Below are positions 9,901-19,800 of a stretch of DNA of 64,000 bases, piece after piece (the first letter of the stretch is position 1; each line of letters starts with the position of its first letter). The notes beneath the pieces are model-generated. The model searched no databases. It had not been told where the DNA came from and saw nothing but the letters and a program-made list of their open reading frames with translations. The translations under genes were made by a program, and so were the position numbers. The DNA comes from a virus: the IMG/VR virus record IMGVR_UViG_3300034021_001440, positions 48,419-112,418 of that record, one strand, 5' to 3'.

Positions 9901-11878
9901 TGAGTACAACGCAGATATGACCTATCTACGTGGCACGGTTATTCCCCTCAAGGAGTTTTTCTCAGAGTACGTTGTTGACCAGGATAACGGCTCCGAAAGT
10001 CTTGGCATCATCTTCCACCGAGTTCCTGTGGAAGGCGCCGATACTGTCACGACCTCGGCTTCAGTTGCGGTTCAAACCGCACAAGTCATGACGACTCCGT
10101 TTGTGACGAATCCAACGTTTGGCCGTCCCGAGATCATTCGTTTCAATGCGTTGAAAGTCTCGCAGCTTGAGAACCCGAAGAACGGTATCTCCGTAATTCA
10201 AGTCACGAACGGACTCATCGGAGGACCGATTGAGTACATGCGAGTGATCGGACTTTCCTCGAACGTTATCACGGCAGTTCGCAACTACTACCCCGAATAC
10301 GCCCAGGGTACTCTCCCTACGACGTGGCCTTCCGGTACAAAAATTACTCCTTGCGTGAGCACCGGGTATCCCGAACCCTCAGTCTATGACCCGGACTGGG
10401 CAACCACCAAGAACACAGTTCTTCGCTACTACGAAGTGATGGGCTTCGCTCGTTCCCTGGTGGCTCCTTTCCTGATTCCCCAGTATGCTGGGGAGCGAGT
10501 CCTGTACAATGCTACACTGCCTCTGGCTCCAATAAACGGGTACGCAAACACAGCAGCTCCGTGGCCTGTGGAGTTCAACAACCCTTCAACCATTCTGGCA
10601 AACAATCACACCTGGACTTTTGTAGGATATTTCGACTATTCGCGTGGTTTGCCCAAGTATCAAACAAACGAACTCTCCCGGAAACTGGCAGCTGATTATC
10701 AGACTTATGGAACGTGGGGTGGCAAAATCACTTGCTTTGGTGCCGGGGAAAGCGGCGCTCTGGTTGTCTCTGGCGACTTCCGCGAGTCTGCCACACTGAA
10801 CTATTTCCAGAACAACACTCCGCTTCAGAACTTCAACGATCGCGTTGTCTACGCTTCGCCGACTCCGATCGACTATCCCGCCCCGGTGCTGGTCTACTCC
10901 GTCGACGATCTCACCCCACAGTTCACTGGTGTCTACAATCCTTCAACAGGTCAAGTCACCGGTCAAACTTCGTTCGAACTCAAGCGCGGCGGATACCGAA
11001 TCCCCGCATCCCAACTCTCCAACTTTGGTGTTTTGGTGTTCCTGGGCGGTGTTGCTCAGCTCCCCGTGACTGCCTACACAATCAACGGTAGTGAAATCAT
11101 CTTCACTGAGCCTCCCCTGGTTGGCACAGCTTGCGACATTCGTGTCATCACGACGGACGACCAAAACAAAACTCTGGAAGTCGTTCCCTTCGCCATCGGC
11201 GCACCTTTCAACGGTTCAAACGTCGATTTCCCCTTGACTCCGGACTTGGAGGGATTGACAAACGGCAACTCCCTGGTGTTCCTTGGTGGCGTTCTTCAGG
11301 ACCCTCTCGGCCCTCCCACACAGACCGACTTTGCCTACACTGTTGTCAATGGCACTGGTGGTGGTTTGTCAATCTCGTTCATTGGTGCTGCCCCGCAAAA
11401 AGGCACAACCATTGACGTTCGCGGTGTTCTTTCCGGCAACATCTATCGTACAGCCGGTGTGCCGATCGTGTTTATGTCGTCCACGGACGAAATCTCCGAC
11501 AAGTTTGACGGAGCTCGGACTGCGTTCCCGCTGGCGATTGATGGCGTTTCTCTAGATGCCTTCAAAGTCAATTCCGAGAACATGCTCGTGAACCTGGGCG
11601 GTGTGATGCAGATTCCCATCGCCAACGCTGCAAGTTCTCAGCTGGGTCTGGCATACAGCGTCGGTGTGAATCCGTCCTCCCAAGTTCTGGAAATCACTTT
11701 CGCCGTTCCCCCAACTTTCGGCACGACTTGCAACATTCGCGTTCTGTCTCAGGATGAGTTCATCACTTGCCCGTTGCCTGAGCTGTTGATCAACCAGAAC
11801 CTGAAAGCAGGTCCTGGCGTTGAAACTTCGATCGACGGAGAGCTGATTGGTCTGGATGAAGGTCTCATTGGCGGGTAA
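6947..11878 (+). CDS. large tail/baseplate fibre structural protein (about 1640 aa)
   Basis: Mtd_N-like N-terminus KIILKRSSLPGKRP...GEIALNT; three C-terminal repeats with V(F/N)LGGVxQ typical of cyanophage virion proteins. Confidence 0.7.
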   Translation: MAATKIILKRSSLPGKRPNTNNLEAGEIALNTNANEPGLFFEVTDGQIVKAGPTAYLPDAPTVSPARGELWVDTDTKSLSIGTPTNEWQKVAAPFLGGTAALTVFVAPDFPEATDSLANDGQSVPFVTINRAILEVTKKIILDANNGLSSGNNRYLIVLAPSSHCVVNGPGATLGEFTANFDSPYTEVTQQALQQFNVPTVGGLILPRGVSIIGMDLKKSEVHPVYVPKYTHPAFPINYKQTSTGPVYQNQPLSSIFRWSGNTYVSNFNCFDKLTERVVNSVRVDETTGVAIFSSPRPHGLNFNDFVQVTYSNIADQAGATFANGAYYANPVNSFEFQLSLNNWETLGTTGVLASTLPTSFTLPVSNGKVKLQVDNIYPYYIPSDGVSYELSNYSHHRLSVFKNCSLQDLNDFYIKVQLAFPTLFGGSVDKNVATAPEYQIVAEAQTLYPQNILSNSASNSSPYENQVNHRSNYGMANVDADGEIVSGFKSIIVNSSTAVILQKDPCAYEVYADSDQIWRTLTTTAQSRMPLDTPIWSVPTDFQLEILNEASIPNIRYYYTTLLVTSGQSTGLTDIDNDFRHFGFRIRGAGAYMQAQSTYTIGAAIGCWAMGGALMNLTSATSNFGSIAFQAEGFAGIGTLGGATQVGQGFLQSGIVRPLALTEPQVVSDFQKKILPLGSRVVHIGDDPTNAEVTLIYLRQAFDPASILPFSLKPGSAVFLGDATCTYVAYFVDNGEPTCILSESNPAVNPYAPGGAILRVRKSDSNLPSGGVSETSFPYIRRFIDPRADTEKCYGFYVESTNPGSQAPQTGAVLRLNQVGKDLSTTIKRNYQFDPGQFGGIAQTFTVDQVETVQYNFSLNYNNKVSDSAQSTAYAVYASLSDNSGPWIQSYPVNGVQVPFNTQEGNYITNNYRNYYAAENNLWSALYYSTTFNPENGPTKVSPNKADSPFVPAAILDRQENIRDAWQGYVPDPYYSYYISGVPAEYNADMTYLRGTVIPLKEFFSEYVVDQDNGSESLGIIFHRVPVEGADTVTTSASVAVQTAQVMTTPFVTNPTFGRPEIIRFNALKVSQLENPKNGISVIQVTNGLIGGPIEYMRVIGLSSNVITAVRNYYPEYAQGTLPTTWPSGTKITPCVSTGYPEPSVYDPDWATTKNTVLRYYEVMGFARSLVAPFLIPQYAGERVLYNATLPLAPINGYANTAAPWPVEFNNPSTILANNHTWTFVGYFDYSRGLPKYQTNELSRKLAADYQTYGTWGGKITCFGAGESGALVVSGDFRESATLNYFQNNTPLQNFNDRVVYASPTPIDYPAPVLVYSVDDLTPQFTGVYNPSTGQVTGQTSFELKRGGYRIPASQLSNFGVLVFLGGVAQLPVTAYTINGSEIIFTEPPLVGTACDIRVITTDDQNKTLEVVPFAIGAPFNGSNVDFPLTPDLEGLTNGNSLVFLGGVLQDPLGPPTQTDFAYTVVNGTGGGLSISFIGAAPQKGTTIDVRGVLSGNIYRTAGVPIVFMSSTDEISDKFDGARTAFPLAIDGVSLDAFKVNSENMLVNLGGVMQIPIANAASSQLGLAYSVGVNPSSQVLEITFAVPPTFGTTCNIRVLSQDEFITCPLPELLINQNLKAGPGVETSIDGELIGLDEGLIGG

Positions 11879-11880
11879 AA
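11873..11880 (+). promoter_or_regulatory. GGGTAAAA putative late promoter containing the upstream stop codon
   Basis: 54 nt before ATG 11927. Confidence 0.6.
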
Positions 11881-11926
11881 AAGTATAGGTCCGAAAAACG
11901 GATATCACTCTGACATCTAGTCACCA

Positions 11927-12415
11927 ATGGCTACCACAAAGGTTACACCGATTCAACTACTGCGGTCGATTGTCCTCAACAAACGTCCTGATCCAACAAA
12001 ACTTCTGCCAGGGCAGCCCGCTGTAAATACAAATATCGCACAGCCTGGACTCTTTTTCGCCGATAACAGCGGGGCCACCCTCTTCAAAGTTGGTCCCTGC
12101 GCTGTCGGAGGCACTGCTCCCAACGCCGGAGCAACCGGTCCTGGCTCAGGAAACACTCTGGGCGAGCTTTGGTTGGACACTGGTTCAACTCCTGCTCACC
12201 CTGGTCCAACCCTCAAGGTTTGGGATGGTCTACAGTGGATCAATTGTCTTCCTTACACTTACGCAAACGCCATCGTCGCTGACACTGCTCCGACCATCAG
12301 CGATCACATTCCCGGAACTCTGTGGTGGAACTCCACAACGGGTCTGATGTACATTCTGTACAATGATGGTAACTCCATTCAGTGGACACAAGTTTCTTCT
12401 AGCACCGTTTCTTAA
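11927..12415 (+). CDS. small tail fibre adaptor-like protein
   Basis: N-terminus paralogous to 6947 (KRP...NTN...PGLFF...K.GP...GELW.DT); GTLWWNS motif. Confidence 0.6.
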   Translation: MATTKVTPIQLLRSIVLNKRPDPTKLLPGQPAVNTNIAQPGLFFADNSGATLFKVGPCAVGGTAPNAGATGPGSGNTLGELWLDTGSTPAHPGPTLKVWDGLQWINCLPYTYANAIVADTAPTISDHIPGTLWWNSTTGLMYILYNDGNSIQWTQVSSSTVS

Positions 12416-12424
12416 TGCAGTAAG

Positions 12425-14731
12425 ATGGCCAATCCAGACAATTTTAATCCTCTTGTTCCTATTCCCAACGGCCCGATTCCTGACATCCCGGAAGTTTGGA
12501 CCTTCAAACCCTCCGGTGGAAACGCTGGTGGGCCCCCTGCGTTCATTATGGGGAATGGATTTACCGTTACCGGAAATCCGTTTCTTGTCACCATTTCTCA
12601 ACTTCCCCCGCCGATTGTCGGCACTGTAACCAGGGTTACTGCTGGCACTGGACTGGTTTCCCTGCCTGTCACAGGTGTCCGAGTCTCGGGCAGCTTTGCC
12701 CTGGCTCCCGCCCCCTCAACACTGACTCCGGGTGCATACAAGTATGCCAACCTAACGGTGGATGAGTTTGGCCACGTTGATGCCGCTTCCACCGGAAACC
12801 AGCCGCTCCTTGGCGGTCTGGGTCTCTTCCCCATTTCGGTCACTGGTGCTCCTCCGACCCTGAACGTTTCTATCGGCGCTGGCTCAACCCTTCAACTGGG
12901 TGCAGTCCAACTGGTTGACGATTTGGTTTCCCCCGACAGCACCAAGGCTCTGACGGCAAATCAAGGATATATTCTCAATAACGACCTCAATAGCATTCCA
13001 ATCGATCCGGTCAACGGTCAGTACTATGCTGGCTCGTTCAACCCGACGAACGGACTGCTTCAAAGCGTTTCCTCCCTCGGCTCAGCAAACGGCTTTGTGC
13101 TCGGTCAGTTTTTGCCCGCGCCTGGTAGCCTCAGTGTTGAAGGTTTCGTAATCGCAACTGGCACTGCTTCGTACAACCCTCCCGGTGGTGGTGGTCCCTA
13201 CAATGTTCAACCCGGCGACGAGTTCTACTGCGGAAACACTTCCTGGCTTTACATTCCCAAGGCATTCCGTTATAATTACGCAACGGACACGACCGCAGGC
13301 ATCGTAAAACTGGCAAAGCAAAGTGACGTTCGTCCTTTCACGAACAACACCCTCGTTTGCACACCGTATTCCCTGGCCAACCTGATTGCCACCAACACAG
13401 AAGTTGGCTGGATTCTGTTGTCCACCGATGCTGAGTGCCGCGCTCTGCTCACTCCGTCCAAGGCTGTCACTCCGGCAAACCTTTCGGCCACGCCCGCAAC
13501 GTTGTTCGATCGCGGTATCGTTCAGCTCAATAACAGCACGACTTCAACCTCAACTACTGAAGCGGCTACAGTCCAAGCCATCAACTCGGTCTACAATGCT
13601 GCGATTCTGAAGTCTCAGATTGTTGCTGTTGGTGACCTCATCTCAGCTTCTGCTGCCGCAACTCCTGTAACTGTGAGCCGTGGCACCAACCGATATGCGC
13701 TCACTGCCGATGATCAAGCCGTCGGCGGAATGTCCTGGGAAGCCATCAGCCCTCCCCAAACCTGCCCGGTTGGCACCATTTTCTGGTTCCCGAGCACCAA
13801 CCTCTCAAAACTGCCAACCGACTGGGCATACTGTGACGGTGCGTCGGCGAACTCCGCTGCTGAAACTTCTCCCGGTGTGGCAAACCCCTACCGCGATCTG
13901 TTCAATGTGATTGGATACACATATGGCGGTAGCGGTGCAACCTTCAACCTCCCCGACCTGCGCGGCAAATTTGTTCGCGGTTGGAGTGGTGCTGGTGGCA
14001 CTGCAGGTGCTATTGACGCCCCTCGCACTTTTGGAAGCACTCAACTTTCAAGTGTAATCTCACACACACACCAGTTTACTGGTCTTGGTCACAGTCACAA
14101 TCCCATCTCAATCGTTGACCCTGGACACAACCACAGTGCAAGAACTGCGACCGTGATTGGACCCAATCGAGGATATTATGGCAACAAGGACACTGGACCG
14201 GACCTGATGAGTGATGGAGTTGACGTGACCGGCGTTACAATGGTTCTTGCCGATTTTGATCCTGCCGTCCTGTCAACTCCTCCAACCGTCTATAAGCAAA
14301 CTCTCACAAACACGGCACCGGTCCCAACCGACGAGACTCGTCCCGTAAACTTCTCTCTGGTCCCCATCATTCGTTATACCTACGGTTCAACTCCTCCGAT
14401 TCCGAATCCAAACCCCTACTTCTACTACGTGTCGGTTTCTCCGACTTCGATGGGAGCAAGTGCCACTGCAACAGTGACGGTTCTCACAGCCAACGTTGCC
14501 CGTGGAACCACGCTCTACTGGGAACTCGGTGGCCCTGGCGTCGATGCCAGCTTGTTCAACCCTGCGACTCTGACTGGCAGTGTGACAATTGGATACAACA
14601 ACGTTGCAAGTTTCGCTGTGACGGCTGCCGCGTCGCTTCCCACTCCGCCCTACAGCGTGGAAATCAAGATTTACAGCGACTCCGCTCGCCTGAATCAAGT
14701 GGGCAACACCGCCTACCTCACTCTTACCTGA
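12425..14731 (+). CDS. tail fibre protein with tail collar domain
   Basis: PVGTIFWF...WAYCDG...FNLPDLRGKFVRG collar motif, HxH repeats, AT...GIVQL repeats. Confidence 0.8.
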   Translation: MANPDNFNPLVPIPNGPIPDIPEVWTFKPSGGNAGGPPAFIMGNGFTVTGNPFLVTISQLPPPIVGTVTRVTAGTGLVSLPVTGVRVSGSFALAPAPSTLTPGAYKYANLTVDEFGHVDAASTGNQPLLGGLGLFPISVTGAPPTLNVSIGAGSTLQLGAVQLVDDLVSPDSTKALTANQGYILNNDLNSIPIDPVNGQYYAGSFNPTNGLLQSVSSLGSANGFVLGQFLPAPGSLSVEGFVIATGTASYNPPGGGGPYNVQPGDEFYCGNTSWLYIPKAFRYNYATDTTAGIVKLAKQSDVRPFTNNTLVCTPYSLANLIATNTEVGWILLSTDAECRALLTPSKAVTPANLSATPATLFDRGIVQLNNSTTSTSTTEAATVQAINSVYNAAILKSQIVAVGDLISASAAATPVTVSRGTNRYALTADDQAVGGMSWEAISPPQTCPVGTIFWFPSTNLSKLPTDWAYCDGASANSAAETSPGVANPYRDLFNVIGYTYGGSGATFNLPDLRGKFVRGWSGAGGTAGAIDAPRTFGSTQLSSVISHTHQFTGLGHSHNPISIVDPGHNHSARTATVIGPNRGYYGNKDTGPDLMSDGVDVTGVTMVLADFDPAVLSTPPTVYKQTLTNTAPVPTDETRPVNFSLVPIIRYTYGSTPPIPNPNPYFYYVSVSPTSMGASATATVTVLTANVARGTTLYWELGGPGVDASLFNPATLTGSVTIGYNNVASFAVTAAASLPTPPYSVEIKIYSDSARLNQVGNTAYLTLT

Positions 14732-14735
14732 TGCC

Positions 14736-14743
14736 GGGTAAAA
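14736..14743 (+). promoter_or_regulatory. GGGTAAAA putative late promoter
   Basis: 42 nt before ATG 14778. Confidence 0.65.
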
Positions 14744-14777
14744 CTCACCAACGACGAACAATCCTTAGCGTGTAGAA

Positions 14778-16739
14778 ATGGCTCCTATCAATCCTTCTCC
14801 CAACATCATTCCCAACCAGCCCATCCCAAACAACCCGTTCTACTCACCCGTTATTTGGCAGTTTTACACTCCGAACGGCACTCTGACTCTGGGCAGCGGT
14901 TTCCTGGTGGATCCCGCCACAATGATCGTCCAGAACGCCCCTGGACCCAACCCTCCTGGCACGGTGACCTCGATCACCGCCACTCCTGGTGGCGGCCTGG
15001 CCACGGTGCCCTCTGGTGGCATCACCTCCACTGGCTCCATCGGTCTGGCCCCCGTGGGCGGCTCCCTGGTGGCAGGTTCCTACACCTACTCCTCGGTGAC
15101 GGTAGACGCCTTTGGCCGAATCACCAACATTGCAGACGGCATCATTCCGGTGCAAAACGTCACCGGTTCTGCCCCGATTGTGGTGACTGGTGCTGCTCCT
15201 TCGGTCACCGTGAGCATTACGGCTGCCACCACGACCGCCCCTGGTGCGGTTCAACTGTGTGACAACCTGGTCACCCCTGCCAGCGATCTGGCTCTGACGG
15301 CGAATCAAGGATATATTCTCAATCTTCAAGTTGCTGGTCTGGCTGCCACTGCCGCCAACCAATTCCTGGCTGGCACCCTGAACACCAGCACCACGCTGAT
15401 GGCTTCGGTGACTGCCGCTGGAACCACTGCCGGTTTCTCCGTTGGCGCTGCTCTGCCCGCTCCCGCTGCTGGCAACGCTGGCGCTGTGGTCTATGTGACC
15501 CAAACTGCCTCCTACACCCCTCCCGGTGGCGGTGGCCCCTATAGCACCGTGCCTGGCGACGAGTTCATCAGCGACGGCACCACCTGGATCTGGATTGCCT
15601 CTGGTTTCCGCCCCACCTATGCCACCACCACGGTTGCTGGTATCGTTGAGCTGGCAACTCCTGCTGAAGTCACTCCTCTGGCCAACAACACCCTGGCCGT
15701 CACTCCGTTCTCGCTCTCGACAACGATTGCGTCGACGACCCAGCTTGGTTTTGCCGAACTGGCAACCGACGCTGAGACTCTGGCCCTGACTTCGACGTCG
15801 GTTGTTGTGACTCCCAGCAACCTGAATGCTCTGCAGTCCACAACCTCCCAGCGTGGTATCGTTCAGCTGAACGACGATTTCACCTCCACTTCGGTGACCC
15901 AAGCTGCGACCCCGAATGCGGTCAAGAAAGTCAACGATCTGATCATTCCGAAGACCATTCTGGCTGCCAAGGGCGACCTGATTGTTGGTGCTGCTCCTGC
16001 CACTCCTGCCATTCTGCCTGTAGGCACGAACGGCTCGATTCTGACGGTTGACGACACCAAACCCCTGGGCGTCGACTGGAACGTGCCTGACGCTGTGGCC
16101 ACGGTTCCCGTGGGTGCGATCACCTGGTTCACTTCGAACGTGGCTGCGAACCTGCCCGTGGGCTGGCTGATTTGCGACGGTGGATCTTATTCCAACGTTA
16201 TTGAAATTGCGCCCGGTATTCCCAACCCCTACTACGATCTCTTTGACCTGATTGGAAACACCTTCGGTGGCACTCTGACCACCTTCCAAGTGCCCGATCT
16301 GCGCGGTCTATTCGTTCGTGGTTTGAATAATGCTGGAGGTACCCCTGCCGCTTACGATCCCGGTCGTGCGTTTGCCTCTGTGCAGACCTCGGCGGTGCAG
16401 ACTCACACTCACACCCTGCCCAGCCTGTCTCACGACCATACGGTGACGGTTACTGACCTTGGCCATAACCACTCTGCGGCTTCTGCGACGGTGGTTGGTG
16501 GAAGTCCTGGCTACTATCCCGGTAACAACAACTTCGGCGACAACACACCCGTGGGAGGTTCAGGTCCTGGACAGCTTGGAAATGGCAAGGCGTTGACGAA
16601 CATTACTGCCTCCTCGGCCACCAGTCTTTCTGGAACCTACACCACCCTGATCAACACAGCTCCGACTCCAACCGACGAATCCCGACCCGTCAATATTGCG
16701 CTCTTGCCGATTATCAAATACTCCTCACTTTACGACTGA
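14778..16739 (+). CDS. tail fibre protein with tail collar domain (paralogue of 12425)
   Basis: PVGAITWF...GWLICDG...FQVPDLRGLFVRG...ESRPVNIALLPIIKY. Confidence 0.8.
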   Translation: MAPINPSPNIIPNQPIPNNPFYSPVIWQFYTPNGTLTLGSGFLVDPATMIVQNAPGPNPPGTVTSITATPGGGLATVPSGGITSTGSIGLAPVGGSLVAGSYTYSSVTVDAFGRITNIADGIIPVQNVTGSAPIVVTGAAPSVTVSITAATTTAPGAVQLCDNLVTPASDLALTANQGYILNLQVAGLAATAANQFLAGTLNTSTTLMASVTAAGTTAGFSVGAALPAPAAGNAGAVVYVTQTASYTPPGGGGPYSTVPGDEFISDGTTWIWIASGFRPTYATTTVAGIVELATPAEVTPLANNTLAVTPFSLSTTIASTTQLGFAELATDAETLALTSTSVVVTPSNLNALQSTTSQRGIVQLNDDFTSTSVTQAATPNAVKKVNDLIIPKTILAAKGDLIVGAAPATPAILPVGTNGSILTVDDTKPLGVDWNVPDAVATVPVGAITWFTSNVAANLPVGWLICDGGSYSNVIEIAPGIPNPYYDLFDLIGNTFGGTLTTFQVPDLRGLFVRGLNNAGGTPAAYDPGRAFASVQTSAVQTHTHTLPSLSHDHTVTVTDLGHNHSAASATVVGGSPGYYPGNNNFGDNTPVGGSGPGQLGNGKALTNITASSATSLSGTYTTLINTAPTPTDESRPVNIALLPIIKYSSLYD

Positions 16740-16743
16740 TGAC

Positions 16744-16770
16744 AAGGGACCTTCGGGTCCCTTTTCTTTT
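16744..16770 (+). terminator. intrinsic terminator
   Basis: AAGGGACC-TTCG-GGTCCCTT plus T-tract; cUUCGg loop. Confidence 0.85.
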
Positions 16771-16772
16771 GC

Positions 16773-16780
16773 GGGTAAAA
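16773..16780 (+). promoter_or_regulatory. GGGTAAAA putative late promoter
   Basis: Directly after the terminator, 33 nt before ATG 16806. Confidence 0.7.
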
Positions 16781-16805
16781 CCAGGTATCCCGACAGTTGC
16801 GTTTC

Positions 16806-19800
16806 ATGGCGGTCCCGAATCCCCCATTCAACCCAAACAACCGCATTCCAAACGACCCTTTCAACTCTATTAATGTTCCTACCTTTAATACAAGTTTTGG
16901 CCCCATGATCATTGGGTCTGGACTCAGTATTTCCGGTATCGGGAATCCTCAGACTCTTTCCGCTACTGGTGGCGGTGGTGGAGCGGTCAATCAGGTTCTT
17001 GGCGGTGTGGGCATCTCGACGTCCCCATCAACTGGAACCGTATATGTCAATAACACCGGGGTCACCTCGCTGACGGCTGGCTCCGGTATTGCCATTTCTG
17101 CTAGCACTGGCGCCATCACAATCAGTGCTTCGGGTGTTGGCACTGGCACCGTGACCTCCGTTGCTACAGGCACTGGCCTGACCGGCGGTCCGATTATCGC
17201 CAGTGGCACCATCTCTCTGGCAAATACTGCAGTATCCCCTGGCACATATAACTATTCTACCATCACCGTCGATGCTCAGGGTCGTCTGACTGCTGCTTCC
17301 AGTGGTGCTGCTCCCGTAACAAATATTGCGACTGGAACTGGGCTCACTGGCGGTCCGATCACAACCACTGGGACCATCGCTCTTGCCAACACCTCCGTTA
17401 CGGCGGGCAGCTACACCAATGCCAACATCGTCGTTGACGCGCAGGGTCGTATCACCTCTGCCTCAAACGGAACAGCTTGCACTGGCACCGTCACTTCTGT
17501 GGCAACTGGCACAGGGCTGACCGGTGGGACAATCACCACTGCGGGAACGATTGCCCTGGCAGACACTGCTGTGTCCCCCGGTACTTACAACTTTGCAACT
17601 ATAACCGTCGACCAACAAGGTCGTCTCACTGCTGCTTCGACTGGAACTCCTCCAACTCCCGGAAGCACCACGGTTACTTCCCCGATTACTAATAGCGGTA
17701 CTGCCCTCAACCCGAACATTGGTATTCAAACAGCAACCACAGGTCAGCTCGGTGCGGTTCAAGTCGGCAGCAATATTGATGTTTCCTCTGGCGTCATCAG
17801 TGTTGCCTCTACCGTAGGTGTTGCGACTGCGGTTAGCAACCTCGGTGTGACAACAATCACTGACAACGTAACCTCTACCTCTTGCAACAGTGCCCTGTCT
17901 GCGAACCAGGGACGGGCTCTGCAACAGCAGATTAACTCCCTCCTGGTGACAGGGACGGTCGAACTCGCTGGTACCATTGATGGTAGCACAGGTTTTGTTG
18001 CAACAACAACCTCACTGGGGTCTAGCAAAGGCTACACCGTTGGTGCCGTTCTGCCCGCTGCATCCGCAACCACTGTCAACAGCTACGTCATTGTAACAAC
18101 TCCTGGAACAATGACACCTCCTGGCGGTGTTTCCACTGCCGTAACTCGTGGTGACTGGTGGCTGGTGACCCAGTCTTCCCCTGGCGTCTACGTCTGGAGC
18201 TACCTGAACGTTGGTTTCGACCCTCCGATGGCCAGCACAACGACCGCTGGTCTCGTTGAGCTTGCCACGGATGCCGAGACACAAGCGGGCACGAGTGCCT
18301 CTTTGGCAGTCACCCCGGCTGGCGCCTGCGCAACTTATATTCCTTTCACTCAACTGACTGCCAAAGGCGCTCTGATCTCTGCCAGCGGTGCAAACACTGC
18401 TCTGACTGTGACGGTTGGTTCAGATGGTCAGGTTCTGACTGCTTGTTCTGCCTCCCCGAGCGGACTGTGCTGGACTGCTTCTTCGGTTCCCGCCATTCCT
18501 TGCGCTTGCATCACTGCCAAAGGTGATCTGATAACGGGCACTGCGGCAAACACACCCATTGCCCTCCCTGTGGGAACCAATGGACAGATTCTCTATGCGG
18601 ACTCCGCCTGCAGCACGGGGCTGACGTGGGGAACTGCTCCCATCACTTGCCTCGCGTTTGATGCCAAAGGTGACCTTCTGACTGGTTTTGGCCCTGACTC
18701 TTATGGCATTCTGGGCGTTGGCAGCAACGGCTGCGTGCTCGTTGCGTGCTCAGCTTGTGCCCAAGGAATGTGCTGGGGTCGTGGCGTCAACTCTGCCACC
18801 CCGACTTGCGAAGGTATTGTATACGGTTGCACACTGGCAACCGCAACTGCCCTTGGCTGCAACGCTCTGACCACCGGCACCGGTGCCAATAGCGTGGCCA
18901 TTGGTACTCTGGCACTGACCAACAGTGGCGCGGGTACTGACAACGTTGCTGTTGGTTATGCCTCGCTTTGCTGCAACACGACCGGCTCTTGCAACACCGT
19001 TGTCGGCTCTTGTGCCAACTGCCTTGCTACAGCCACAACCGGAAACACTGCTGTTGGTACCAAAGTTCTGAGCTGCAACAACACCGGAAATAACAACACT
19101 GCCGTTGGCTCTCTTGCGCTTCGCGATAATGCTTCGGGCTCCTACAACACCAGCGTTGGCTGGGCCGCTGGATTCAACCTCACCTCTGGCTGCTATAACC
19201 TGGCCCTTGGCATCAACACCTGTCTTCCCAACCCCGCAGGAAACTGCCAGCTGGCCATTGGTTTTGGCAGCGGCACCAACTGGCTGACCGGTGACAGCAG
19301 CAAGCACATTCAACCTGGTGCTGGCATTCGCGACTGTGCCGGTTGTCTCGGTTGCGCTGGACAGTTCCTGTGCTCCACTGGCACTGCCATTCAGTGGGTG
19401 ACTGGTGTGGGTGACACTCCTGTTGGCACCGTAAACTGGTTCGGTGCTGCGACTGCCCCTGTTGGCTGGCTTGTTGCTGACGGTCGTGCCGTGAGCCGCA
19501 CCGCTTATGCTGCCCTCTACGCTGTGATCGGTACCACCTACGGTACTGGTGATGGCACTTCCACGTTCAACCTGCCCGACCTGCGTGCTGTGTTCATCCG
19601 TGGCGTTGATAACGCTGGCGGCACTGCTCGCGGCGTTGACCCAGGTCGTGCGTTCGGTAGTTTGCAGGCGAACTCCGTTCAGTCTCACTGCCACCAAGTG
19701 CAAGTTATCGCGGGTGGTGCTGGTCGCCCTGAGTGGTTGTTCCCCAACAACGCTTGCCCCATTGGAGCCGGATATCCGGCGCCCACTGGTGGTGCCGTCC